NCBI GenBank assembly: GCA_028276365.1
Contig: JAPYWL010000005.1
Location: 1-56,927, forward strand
Direction: 5' to 3'
DNA: 56,927 nucleotides
Origin: Deltaproteobacteria bacterium
Lineage (GTDB): Bacteria > DRYD01
The number at the start of each line of letters is the position of its first letter. Within the stretch, counting starts at the first letter, position 1. The translations under genes were made by a program, and so were the position numbers. Shown here piece after piece: positions 1 through 9,411 of this stretch. The notes under the pieces were generated by a model that did no database searches, was not told where the DNA came from, and saw only the letters and a list, made by a program, of their open reading frames with translations.

Positions 1-1027
1 CTCCCTTCCTATGCATAACTAATTTATACTTCTTAGAATTATAAGAATATTCTTCAATAGTAGCCATATTATGACTTATATCATACACTATTTCTACTTC
101 TTTAGTATTTAATAACTTTTTAAAAACCTTTCTAACTTTATAAGTAATTATTTGTCGATTAATAAAAGCAAAATTAGCAGCTAAATTCATTGAATAAATA
201 TACTTCTTACCTTCTTCACTATTAGCAGGAACACAAGCTAATTGCTTATCCTCTACCTTTATTTTATATTTATTCTCCATAACTTTTAGCATCAAGTTTA
301 TAAAATCAGTAGCAATTTGATGTCCAAATCCTCGGGACCCGGTATGTATCATTAAAACCACTTGACCCTTAAACAAATTAAGTTTTTTAGCTGCTTTCTC
401 ATCATAGATTTCATCTACTATTTGTAGTTCTAAAAAATGGTTACCACTTCCCAAAGTCCCTAACTGATTTTTCCCTCTTTCTATTGCTTCCTCACTTATA
501 TAATCAAAACTACTTTCTCTTTTATATCCATTATCTTCTATGAAATTTAGATCATCCTTATTAGCATATCCTTCCTCTAAAGCCCATTTTACCCCCTTTA
601 TTATAGATTTTTTAAACTCACTTTTAGATAATCTAATATCACTTTCACCTGATAACCCCGCTGGTACTTCTTTGAATAATTCATCCAATATTTTTTCTTT
701 ATATTTTTGAATTTCATTATACTCTAAATTAGTTCTTAATAATCTAACGCCACAGTTAATATCAAATCCTATCCCCCCTGGAGATATTACACCATTTTCA
801 TCATAATTAGTACAAGCTACACAACCAATTGGAAAACCATATCCCCAATGAATATCAGGCATGGCAATAGCATCCCCTACTAAACCTGGTAATTTTGAAA
901 CATTTAGTAATTGCTTAAGGCTTTCAGGTTCTACGTTATTTATATCATCTATATAAATAACAGCATTATTATTTATATGTTTAAATTTATAATCTTTTAT
1001 TTTAACAAAATCTTCTAATTTTATCAT
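1..1027 (-). CDS. rtcB: RNA-splicing ligase RtcB (N-terminal ~342 codons; C-terminus lies outside the window)
   Basis: Own translation of the minus strand from the ATG at 1027-1025 gives MIKLEDFVKIKDYKF...PDIHWGYGFPIG...GSGNHFLELQ...HTGSRGFGHQ, which are hallmark RtcB motifs. The frame stays open to the window edge. This ORF is not in the supplied track because it is truncated. Confidence 0.9.
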   Translation of the reverse strand, partial: MIKLEDFVKIKDYKFKHINNNAVIYIDDINNVEPESLKQLLNVSKLPGLVGDAIAMPDIHWGYGFPIGCVACTNYDENGVISPGGIGFDINCGVRLLRTNLEYNEIQKYKEKILDELFKEVPAGLSGESDIRLSKSEFKKSIIKGVKWALEEGYANKDDLNFIEDNGYKRESSFDYISEEAIERGKNQLGTLGSGNHFLELQIVDEIYDEKAAKKLNLFKGQVVLMIHTGSRGFGHQIATDFINLMLKVMENKYKIKVEDKQLACVPANSEEGKKYIYSMNLAANFAFINRQIITYKVRKVFKKLLNTKEVEIVYDISHNMATIEEYSYNSKKYKLVMHRKG

Positions 1028-1080
1028 ATCCAAATCTCCCCTCTTTATTTTACAATCATTATCCTAAAATGTAAAAAATT

Positions 1081-2757
1081 TTATTTAATTACATATTTTC
1101 CAAGATAAATTTTAACTTTGCCTTCAATAAGAAGATATTCTTTATTACAATATGAACACTTGGAATAATCATTTTCAAATATTAATTTATTTCCGCATTG
1201 ACAAACCCATCCTATTTGCCTAGCAGGTACTCCTACAACTAAAGCGTAATCGGGGACATCCTTAGTAACCACTGCCCCTGCTCCAATAAAAGCATACTCT
1301 CCAATAGTTACCCCACAAACAATAGTAGCATTAGCACCAATAGTTGCTCCTCTTTTTACCAAAGTATTCCTAAATTCATGTTTTCTTTCAATAAAAGCTC
1401 TTGGATTATATACATTAGTAAATACGCAAGAGGGACCACAAAATACATCATCCTCTAATATAACTCCTTTATAAACTGAAACATTATTTTGGATTTTACA
1501 GTTATTTCCAATAGTTACATCAGGACCTATCATAACATTTTGCCCTATTATAACATTAGATCCTATTTTGGTATTTTTTAAGATATGAGAGAAATGCCAA
1601 ATCTTAGTCCCCGAACCTATCTCCACATTCTCATCTATATAACTACTTTCATGTACAAAAACCTCTTTTAACTCACTTTTTACTTTCTTATTAATATCAA
1701 TTTTATTAACATCAACATAACTATTAAAAAAGTTATTAAAATTAGTGTTATGAGTTTGTGAATCTAATTGTTTTTGAGCTAATTCTAATACTTTTAAAAC
1801 TCTAAGTGATTCCTCTGAATCTGTTAAAGGTTTTTTATTATTTAAAATACAATCAATAAAATGAATTAATTCATTTTTAAGAGGCTCAGATTTTTCAGTT
1901 TCAATTATTTTAAATTCTGCTTTATTAACTACAGGAATCTTTCCATCAATCCAAGTAGTCTTATGAGGATATAGAAATACCTTTTCTTGAGTTAAATCAT
2001 CAAAAACGATCATTCCCTCACTACCAACAAAAATCATTTTCTGTTCTTTAAAAGGATGTAACCAGCTAAGAAAAATATGTCCCTTAACTCCATTATCAAA
2101 TTCCAAAATAGTAGTAGTAGTATCAAAAATCCCCTTATTAAGGTAATCCCCACCAAAAGAAAAAACCTTAATTGGTTCCTTATTTAATAAATATAGAATA
2201 ACAGAGATGTCATGAGGAGCAAATGACCATAAAATATTCTCTTCTACCCTAATTTTCCCTATATTTAGCCTATTAGAATAAAAATAAAACAGTTTTCCAA
2301 TAGTGCCTTGATTAATTAATTCTTTAATTTTAGATATAGCGGGATGATAAAGTAAAATATGTCCAACCATTAAAATCTTATTATTTTGATTAGCTAAATT
2401 ATGTAATTCTAAAGCTTGATTATAATTTAGAGCTAAAGGTTTTTCAACAAATACGTGCTTATTGTTAAGCAAAGCTAATTTAGTTAATTCATAATGAGTA
2501 GCAGCAGGCGTAGATATTAATACAGCATCCAAATCCTGATCATTTATTACCTCATTTAAATCACTTTTTATTATTACTTTATTTAAAATCTCATTAGCAT
2601 TTTCTTTAAAGTTATTATGAATAAAATCTAAAATATTTTCTTTATTTTTATCTACAATATACTTTAGTTGAAATTTTTTTGTTTCTTGTTCTAAGATAAA
2701 CAGATTTCTTAAAATATTCTTTCCCCAATATCCGACCCCTATATGAGCTATCTTCAT
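1081..2757 (-). CDS. Fusion protein: N-terminal Gfo/Idh/MocA oxidoreductase (WlbA/WbpB-like UDP-sugar 3-dehydrogenase) plus C-terminal left-handed beta-helix N-acetyltransferase (WlbB/WbpD-like) with a terminal Cys4 motif
   Basis: The N-terminus has the Rossmann motif [15 protein letters not shown] and an EKPLA motif. The C-terminal half has hexapeptide repeats and the stretch [22 protein letters not shown]...[48 protein letters not shown], typical of WlbB/WbpD. It ends in CQCGNKL...CSYCNKEY. Confidence 0.8.
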   Translation of the reverse strand: MKIAHIGVGYWGKNILRNLFILEQETKKFQLKYIVDKNKENILDFIHNNFKENANEILNKVIIKSDLNEVINDQDLDAVLISTPAATHYELTKLALLNNKHVFVEKPLALNYNQALELHNLANQNNKILMVGHILLYHPAISKIKELINQGTIGKLFYFYSNRLNIGKIRVEENILWSFAPHDISVILYLLNKEPIKVFSFGGDYLNKGIFDTTTTILEFDNGVKGHIFLSWLHPFKEQKMIFVGSEGMIVFDDLTQEKVFLYPHKTTWIDGKIPVVNKAEFKIIETEKSEPLKNELIHFIDCILNNKKPLTDSEESLRVLKVLELAQKQLDSQTHNTNFNNFFNSYVDVNKIDINKKVKSELKEVFVHESSYIDENVEIGSGTKIWHFSHILKNTKIGSNVIIGQNVMIGPDVTIGNNCKIQNNVSVYKGVILEDDVFCGPSCVFTNVYNPRAFIERKHEFRNTLVKRGATIGANATIVCGVTIGEYAFIGAGAVVTKDVPDYALVVGVPARQIGWVCQCGNKLIFENDYSKCSYCNKEYLLIEGKVKIYLGKYVIK

Positions 2758-2940
2758 AAATCCTCCTTGTTTAGTTTATTTCCAAACTTATCATCCGTTA
2801 ATTTATTATATATAAAAAACTTCCTAATGGTATTTTTCAACATCATTCTAATTTTTTCCTATATTTTTCTATCCTTAAAATAAGTTATTAAGAATTGAAA
2901 AAAGAAGGTTAAAATAGTATTTAGGTAGAATAATAAAAAT

Positions 2941-4530
2941 GTGGCAAGAGTAAGGAAAATAACAGTAGGCATATTAGGCTTATCAAAAAGTGGATTAGCA
3001 GCTGCTAAACTTTACAAAGCAAAAGGCTTTGAAGTCGTAGGTTTTGACGATAATCCTGATATAAGATTACCTCAAGAATATAATCATATTTTCAAAGATC
3101 TATACTTAGGGAAACAGCCTAACTATGTTTTTAATGAAATAAAAAACTATAAATTACTAATAGTAAGCCCAGGTATTCCATTTGATCATGAAGTTATAAG
3201 AATTTCAAAATCTTTTAAAGTACCAGTTATCTCTGAAATAGAGGCAGCTTATAAATTCTTACCAGAACCTAAAAACATAATATCCATTACAGGTACTAAT
3301 GGTAAAAGTACCACAACTTATTTAGTATATCAAATCCTAAAAAAACATAATGTTAATAGCTTCTTAGGAGGAAATATTGGAATACCATTTTCAGAAGTAG
3401 TACTTAATATTACAAATGAAAATATACAAAATCCAATAATAGTTTTAGAAGTTAGTTCATTCCAACTAAAATTTACTAACAATTTTAGAAGTAAAATATC
3501 AGTTATAACTAATATAAAATCAGATCATTTAGATAGACACTCTTCTTTTGAAGATTATGTCAATTCTAAGTTAAAATTATTTAAATTTCAAGCTAAAAAA
3601 GATTTCTCTTTTATTAACCTAAATGATAAAATCATAAGTTGTAATTTAGATAAAGTAAATTCCAATGTATTATTATATACTAATAATGATCTAAGTGAGC
3701 TATATTTACCTAATATCCCAAAAAAAGCTTACCTACTTAAATTTAAAAATAACATTATTCAAATTTATTTTTCATCATTTAATACTCAAAATTCAATAAA
3801 AATAGATAAATTTTCTCTATGTTTTGAATTCGATATATCAACTTTAAAAAAATATCAGACTCTATTAACAAATGGATTTTATAGGGAAAACATATTGATA
3901 TCTACTCTAATTTCATATGTTTGGCTTGAAAATTACGAAAAAATTAAACTAAATAAAGAAATCTTAAAAGAGGTACTAAATAATTTCGAACCATTATCTT
4001 ATAGATTAGATAACTTCGTACAAATCGATAGAATCCTATTTTTTAATGATAGTAAAGCTACCAATTTCCATGCACTAATTAGTAGCTTGAAAACTGCTAT
4101 TGAATATATGGATAAATTAAAAATAGATTATAAATTAATTTTGTTAAGCGGTGGATATCTAAAATATCAAAAAGAAGAGGAAGCCATACAAGATCTATTA
4201 AATAACATTAATGAAATAAAAGAACATAAGGATAAGTTTATTGGAGTGATAGGTTTTGGTAAAGGAGCAAATTGTATTATCTCAGCCTTTGCTAAATCTA
4301 ATAGTGACTTTGGTTATCTATATTCACTTAGTAGTGTAGAATATGCTTTTGAAAAAGCTATTAATGTAGCTAAAGACTATCTTAACTATAACCCAGATTC
4401 TAAAGTGGCCATTTTATTTATCCCAGGTGCAGCAAGTTTTGATCAATTCAAATCAGCAGAAGAACGCGGAAAATTCTTCGATAATCTCGTTAATAATTTT
4501 AAAAACCATTTTTTAGCTAAAATTAAATAA
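2941..4530 (+). CDS. murD: UDP-N-acetylmuramoylalanine--D-glutamate ligase (long form, GTG start)
   Basis: Has the Mur ligase P-loop ITGTNGKSTTT, an N-terminal Rossmann motif GILGLSKSG, and NDSKATN in the C-terminal domain. At 529 aa it is about 80 aa longer than typical MurD. Confidence 0.85.
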   Translation: MARVRKITVGILGLSKSGLAAAKLYKAKGFEVVGFDDNPDIRLPQEYNHIFKDLYLGKQPNYVFNEIKNYKLLIVSPGIPFDHEVIRISKSFKVPVISEIEAAYKFLPEPKNIISITGTNGKSTTTYLVYQILKKHNVNSFLGGNIGIPFSEVVLNITNENIQNPIIVLEVSSFQLKFTNNFRSKISVITNIKSDHLDRHSSFEDYVNSKLKLFKFQAKKDFSFINLNDKIISCNLDKVNSNVLLYTNNDLSELYLPNIPKKAYLLKFKNNIIQIYFSSFNTQNSIKIDKFSLCFEFDISTLKKYQTLLTNGFYRENILISTLISYVWLENYEKIKLNKEILKEVLNNFEPLSYRLDNFVQIDRILFFNDSKATNFHALISSLKTAIEYMDKLKIDYKLILLSGGYLKYQKEEEAIQDLLNNINEIKEHKDKFIGVIGFGKGANCIISAFAKSNSDFGYLYSLSSVEYAFEKAINVAKDYLNYNPDSKVAILFIPGAASFDQFKSAEERGKFFDNLVNNFKNHFLAKIK

Positions 4531-4553
4531 ATATTAATAAATATTAGATAAAA

Positions 4554-4847
4554 GTGATCGTAGCTGCTCTCAAATTTAAATTATACTTATCTAATAAACC
4601 CTCTAATCTTAAAGAAAAAAGAATAATAATTAATTCCATTAAAGACAAACTTTCAAAAAAATTCAATGTATCAGTAGCAGAAGTAGATAATCAGTCCTCT
4701 TTACACTTATCAACTATAGGTGTCTCTATTGTTTCAAATGAAATTGAGTTCCTAAACAAAGTTTCGAATAAAATATATGATTTTTTCCTAAACTATAAAG
4801 ACATATCTATTATTGATTACTACTGCGATTACTTAACAGGTTTATAA
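4554..4847 (+). CDS. DUF503 (YlxP-like) small protein
   Basis: 97 aa with a GTG start. The pattern ...KFKLYL...NLKEKR...FNVSVAEVDNQ... matches the conserved SLKEKR / vsvaEv signature of DUF503. Confidence 0.65.
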   Translation: MIVAALKFKLYLSNKPSNLKEKRIIINSIKDKLSKKFNVSVAEVDNQSSLHLSTIGVSIVSNEIEFLNKVSNKIYDFFLNYKDISIIDYYCDYLTGL

Positions 4848-4908
4848 TTTAACAAAAACGATATATCTAAAAGCAAATAAGGTAATTTTCAGAATCTACT
4901 ATTCTATA

Positions 4909-6573
4909 TTACCCATTTTCATCTATTAAAGCTACCTTCTTAATATATTCATAAAAATCAAAATCAGTTTTAACTTCTAATTCTTTATCCCTTAAATTTG
5001 TTAAAATTAAAGAAACTAAAATATTATATAAATTAACTAAATTTGGATTATCCTTTATTTTTTGATTCAAAAATTCTAAAACAAATTTTATCTTCTCAGG
5101 ATACTTAATAATAAAATTAGAAATATTGTAAAAAACAAAAACATAATTCCCTATAACCAAATTAATAAAAAATAAGACTTCTAAATCTTGTAAATCTGAT
5201 AAACTATACTTATTTAATATAACTAACTCCTTAGCTAATTTTTTGATATTTTCAAAATCATTATAAAATATTAAAAACTTTATAAGTACAACCAACAAAT
5301 CTTTATTTAAAATAATGTCTTTATAAAGATTATTTAAAAAATAATAAACTATCTCTTTGATTTGTTCTAAATTATCTTGATTTAGTAAATTTTTAAGTAT
5401 ATCTAAAGATCTATCCTTGATAATTGATAAATCTAAAATTTTATAATTATTCATAAAGATAGTATATATTACTTCATTTGATTTTAAGTTTAGAATACAA
5501 TTATTAAGTAGAATTTTTTGCTCTTCTGAATCTAAAAATACTAATAATTCTTTAATTAAAGTATAACTCAATTCAATATCATTTATTTTATTCAAATTAT
5601 TAACGATATTTTTTGATAATTCATAAATATCTATTAAATTTTTAGATTTAGCTAATTCTAAAATAATTACATAATTTTTTATTACTTCTAATTTTTTATT
5701 ATGTTCAATATCTTGAAAATTTTCAAATATCTTAGAATAAATTCTTAATATTAAAGATAAATTTTTTTTATTTTCTATTAATAGTTTAATAGATGGGAGA
5801 ATTTCAATTATCTTAGAAATTATTTTAGTTAAATTATCAGCTTTAGCAATAGCTTTATCAATAACTCCTAAAGCATCTACCCAAATAATATTAAAATCCC
5901 TTTGTATTAATAAACCAGTTAATAATTCAATTATTTTTTCTATTTTATCTTTTTTATTTAGTAATACAGCATATTTATCTACTATCCAAACTACCCTATA
6001 ATACTTTATGGCTTTAGATAAAAGAGTTTCCAACTCATCTAATCTTGAATTAATTTCTAAAAAATTAACCAATTTCTTAACATAATATATACCAGCATTA
6101 ATTTTGGACAATTTTTCTAAAAATAAATCACATATTTTTTCAAATACTACATTACTGACATTTTTTTCAACAAGATTTATTATAAAATCGTATAATCTAT
6201 CATAATTTTCTTCTTCTTTAAAAACTAATTCAATATAACTAATTAAATCTTCTCTTTTTAATATTCCCTCTAATCCATTATTAAATATAAATAATAAGTA
6301 ATGATAAACTATATCTATATCTTTAGAAAAATTAGAAAAATAATTTAAAACAACTTCATTTACTTTAAGTAAAACTTCTTTATCCAGATTATTCTGATTT
6401 AATAAAATTAATAAATATATTTTAGCAAAAGCATTTTTCTTATTTATTTGCTCATTAATAATATCTACAACTTTTAAAGGATTTTTTGAAAGTAATATAT
6501 TTATATTTATTTCATCTATTATATCTTTTTCTACTAAATTATCTACATTATTATCCATAATTTTCATAAGCAA
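4909..6573 (-). CDS. Hypothetical all-alpha (helical-repeat-like) protein, 554 aa
   Basis: Long uninterrupted ORF with a strong SD (AAAGGGGAG) 7 nt upstream of the ATG. No recognisable motif. Leu/Ile/Asn/Lys-rich. Confidence 0.5.
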   Translation of the reverse strand: MLMKIMDNNVDNLVEKDIIDEININILLSKNPLKVVDIINEQINKKNAFAKIYLLILLNQNNLDKEVLLKVNEVVLNYFSNFSKDIDIVYHYLLFIFNNGLEGILKREDLISYIELVFKEEENYDRLYDFIINLVEKNVSNVVFEKICDLFLEKLSKINAGIYYVKKLVNFLEINSRLDELETLLSKAIKYYRVVWIVDKYAVLLNKKDKIEKIIELLTGLLIQRDFNIIWVDALGVIDKAIAKADNLTKIISKIIEILPSIKLLIENKKNLSLILRIYSKIFENFQDIEHNKKLEVIKNYVIILELAKSKNLIDIYELSKNIVNNLNKINDIELSYTLIKELLVFLDSEEQKILLNNCILNLKSNEVIYTIFMNNYKILDLSIIKDRSLDILKNLLNQDNLEQIKEIVYYFLNNLYKDIILNKDLLVVLIKFLIFYNDFENIKKLAKELVILNKYSLSDLQDLEVLFFINLVIGNYVFVFYNISNFIIKYPEKIKFVLEFLNQKIKDNPNLVNLYNILVSLILTNLRDKELEVKTDFDFYEYIKKVALIDENG

Positions 6574-6577
6574 TATA

Positions 6578-6598
6578 CTCCCCTTTATAGAAGGGGAG
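6578..6598 (-). promoter_or_regulatory. 8-bp G/C-containing hairpin (CTCCCCTT-TATAG-AAGGGGAG) that contains the Shine-Dalgarno of the 4909..6573 ORF
   Basis: Perfect inverted repeat read directly from the sequence. On the minus strand the AAGGGGAG arm is the only SD-like sequence before the ATG at 6573. Confidence 0.4.
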
Positions 6599-6682
6599 CT
6601 TTTGTACTTTTACATAAGCATAGCTTTTTAGGTATCAGTAATACAACATAAAGCTTTTTAATAGCTTAACTTTAAAACACTC
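6591..6682 (+). repeat. Dispersed intergenic element, copy 1 (partner: 33972..34086 on the minus strand)
   Basis: 6607-6644 (CTTTTACATAAGCATAGCTTTTTAGGTATCAGTAATAC) matches the reverse complement of 34021-34058 at 32/38 positions by hand alignment. Weaker similarity continues on both sides (AAGGGGA; GCTTT..GCTTA..TTTAAA). Confidence 0.6.
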
Positions 6683-6762
6683 TAAATAAATTTATTGGTG
6701 CCTAATTTTCTATATGTCATAAACTTAATACCTATTAAGCCTTTACCGAGCCATACCTAAAG

Positions 6763-7773
6763 CTAAACTTTAACAAAAGAGTGAATCATAAAATTAAGTA
6801 AATCAGCAACACGAGTAGCATACCCCATTTCATTATCATACCAAGCTAAAACTTTAACAAAATTACCATTTAAAACTTGAGTAGATAAGCCATCAACAAT
6901 AGAAGAATGAGTATTACCTTTAAAATCCATAGAAACTAAAGGTTCTTCAGTATATTGTAATATACCTTTTAAGTAAGTTTCACTTGCTTCTTTTAAAGCA
7001 TTATTAACCTCTTCAACTGTAACATTCTTTTCTAAAATAGCTACAAAATCAACTAAAGAAACAGTAGGAGTAGGTACTCTTAAAGAAATTCCACTAAACT
7101 TACCCTTAAGTTCAGGAATAACTTTCTCAACTGCTTTAGCAGCACCAGTAGTAGTAGGTATTATATTTAATGCTGCAGCCCTTGCCCTTCTTAAATCCTT
7201 ATGAGCTATATCTAATATCCTCTGATCATTAGTATAAGCGTGTACAGTAGTCATATGCCCACTAATTATTCCAAATTTTTCAAATAATACTTTAGCTACA
7301 GGTGCCAAACAATTAGTAGTACATGAAGCATTTGATATTATATGGTGTTTCTCAGGATTATATTGTTTTTCATTTACTCCAAGTACGACGGTTATGTCTT
7401 CCCCTTTAGCAGGAGCAGTTATAACTACTTTTTTAGCCCCAGCTTGTATATGTTTCTGAGCATCCTCTCTGTTAGTAAATTTTCCACTTGATTCTACTAC
7501 TATATCTACACCCAAATCTTTCCAAGGTAATTTAGAAGGATCTGCTTCTTGTAACACCTTTATTTTTCTTGAATTTATTTCTATATAATCTGAACCATGA
7601 TTAACTTCACCTTCAAATACTCCATAAGTACTATCATATTTAAATAAGAAAGCATTAGTTTTTGGATCAACTAAATCATTAACAGCAACCACTTCTATAT
7701 CAGGATATTTATTTAATATACTCTTTAATACTAATCTCCCTATTCTTCCAAATCCATTTATTCCTACTTTCAT
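6763..7773 (-). CDS. gap: Type I glyceraldehyde-3-phosphate dehydrogenase
   Basis: [13 protein letters not shown] at the N-terminus, active-site [12 protein letters not shown], and WYDNEMGY near the C-terminus. Confidence 0.97.
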   Translation of the reverse strand: MKVGINGFGRIGRLVLKSILNKYPDIEVVAVNDLVDPKTNAFLFKYDSTYGVFEGEVNHGSDYIEINSRKIKVLQEADPSKLPWKDLGVDIVVESSGKFTNREDAQKHIQAGAKKVVITAPAKGEDITVVLGVNEKQYNPEKHHIISNASCTTNCLAPVAKVLFEKFGIISGHMTTVHAYTNDQRILDIAHKDLRRARAAALNIIPTTTGAAKAVEKVIPELKGKFSGISLRVPTPTVSLVDFVAILEKNVTVEEVNNALKEASETYLKGILQYTEEPLVSMDFKGNTHSSIVDGLSTQVLNGNFVKVLAWYDNEMGYATRVADLLNFMIHSFVKV

Positions 7774-7957
7774 TATACCTTTAACACCCCCTTTTAAATA
7801 AAATTAACTTTATTCCCCAATAATAACTTATTTTTAACTAATCTTTTATTCTAATATAAAATTAACAAAAAAAAAATAAAATCCTTTTTATTTTTAATTT
7901 TAAATTACCTTCAAAAAATAAAGGGAAAAACAGGATTTATATAAAAATATTGAATAA

Positions 7958-8296
7958 ATGGTAATAATAATTCTATTCTTATGGTATTTTTATATTAACT
8001 TACTAATAATAAATCACTTTACTTTTTTATATAATTTTAATTTTATTTTAATAATACATTTGCTATTTTTAGCATTGTTTTTTATAATTTATCCCAAAAT
8101 CGATTTGTTTAGATTAATAGGATTTTATATATTAACAATTCCTTTAGTATTATTTAAATATTATATTCTTTTGATACCTTTATTTTTAGTAATAACACTT
8201 ATATTAAAACCAATAGACGAAAAAAATCCCATTTATTTATTATTCTTTGCACTCTTATATTTATTTACTATAAACCTAATAAAGCTATTTATTTAA
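7958..8296 (+). CDS. Possible small polytopic membrane protein (hypothetical)
   Basis: 112-aa ORF that is extremely Phe/Leu/Ile-rich. It could be an artefact of T-rich DNA. No clear RBS. Confidence 0.25.
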   Translation: MVIIILFLWYFYINLLIINHFTFLYNFNFILIIHLLFLALFFIIYPKIDLFRLIGFYILTIPLVLFKYYILLIPLFLVITLILKPIDEKNPIYLLFFALLYLFTINLIKLFI

Positions 8297-8428
8297 AATT
8301 TAATACTCTATTTTTTAAAATTGGAACTTCTCGATTAAATATAAGTATGGATTTTTGGGCTTTAGTTACTTAATAAAATACTTCTTAATAAACTTTAGTT
8401 TAAACAGATTTAAATTAAATTTTACAGA

Positions 8429-9148
8429 TTATTTTTTAGATATATGAACACAAGCCATCCCAAACATTAATTTATAGTATTCTACTTCCTTAAAACCTAT
8501 ACTTAACAATATTTCCTTAAGTGTTTTAGCATCAGGAAATTTCATTATTGTTTTAAAATACTCCCTATTATAATGCCTAAAAAATAAACTACCCAAAATT
8601 ATTATTATAAAGTACAAATACAAATAATATAAAAATTTTATAACAGGGTTATAAGGTTGTGAAGTTTCTAAATTAACATAATACTTACAAGTCCTTAAAA
8701 TTTCCTTTAAATAAACCTCAAAGTTTTTTTCACCTTCATATAAGCTCCTTGCTCCAAATGACATAGTAGCTAAAGAAATAGAATCATTTTTTAAAGGTAA
8801 CTTAGAAATATCTGCTACTATAGGGATTATATTGTTATATCCAAGTTTTTTATACTTTTCTATTAGTTTTCTTAACATTCCTACAGATACATCTAAGGCT
8901 AATATAATATCATTTTTATCAATCCTTTTAGCTAAATTAATAGCAATATCTCCTGTACCACTGCATAAATCCAATATATAAACTTTTTTTTCCGTATTCT
9001 GACTTTTAATTATATTATAAACATTTAAGGAATGTCTTATTAATTGTTTTCTCCAGTATATAGTTACTCCAAAACTCATAGAATAACTAACTAAGTCATA
9101 TATATTAGACAGCTTATCAAAAGCCCAAGCAATTTCTTTTAAATTCAT
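8429..9148 (-). CDS. ubiE: Class I SAM-dependent methyltransferase, UbiE/MenG (demethylmenaquinone methyltransferase) family
   Basis: SAM motif ILDLCSGTGD, plus FDKLSNIYD and MSFG..IYWRK typical of UbiE/COQ5. I prefer the ATG at 9148, which has the SD AAAGGGGA 6-7 nt upstream, over the GTG at 9166 used by the ORF track. Confidence 0.7.
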   Translation of the reverse strand: MNLKEIAWAFDKLSNIYDLVSYSMSFGVTIYWRKQLIRHSLNVYNIIKSQNTEKKVYILDLCSGTGDIAINLAKRIDKNDIILALDVSVGMLRKLIEKYKKLGYNNIIPIVADISKLPLKNDSISLATMSFGARSLYEGEKNFEVYLKEILRTCKYYVNLETSQPYNPVIKFLYYLYLYFIIIILGSLFFRHYNREYFKTIMKFPDAKTLKEILLSIGFKEVEYYKLMFGMACVHISKK

Positions 9149-9411
9149 AAATAATCCCCTTTCCACTTAGTAAATATAAAAAATAACAAAATAGCTTTTT
9201 TTATAATTCTCCAAAAAAATAAATTCCCCTTAAAAATTTTTCTTACCATAAAAAAAATTATCATAAATTAATATACACCCTACTTGATTAAAAAATTTCC
9301 TTATATCTTATAGATTAAAAAATCCAGATTTTCGTCATCTTCTGTAAATTCTATTTACACTTTCAAATAATAAATAAAAAGAAAGTATTTACAAAAATTG
9401 AATAATTAAGT

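Noticed and set aside
2861-2910. Other ...GAATTGAAA... words (for example 2890-2902, TAAGAATTGAAAAAAG, upstream of murD, and 13941-13955, AAAAATTGAAATTTC) as further solo repeats.
   Set aside because: Only the 8-9 nt AT-rich word matches. The 5' two-thirds of the repeat (TTTAGCTTAC..ATAG) and the leader-like block are absent.
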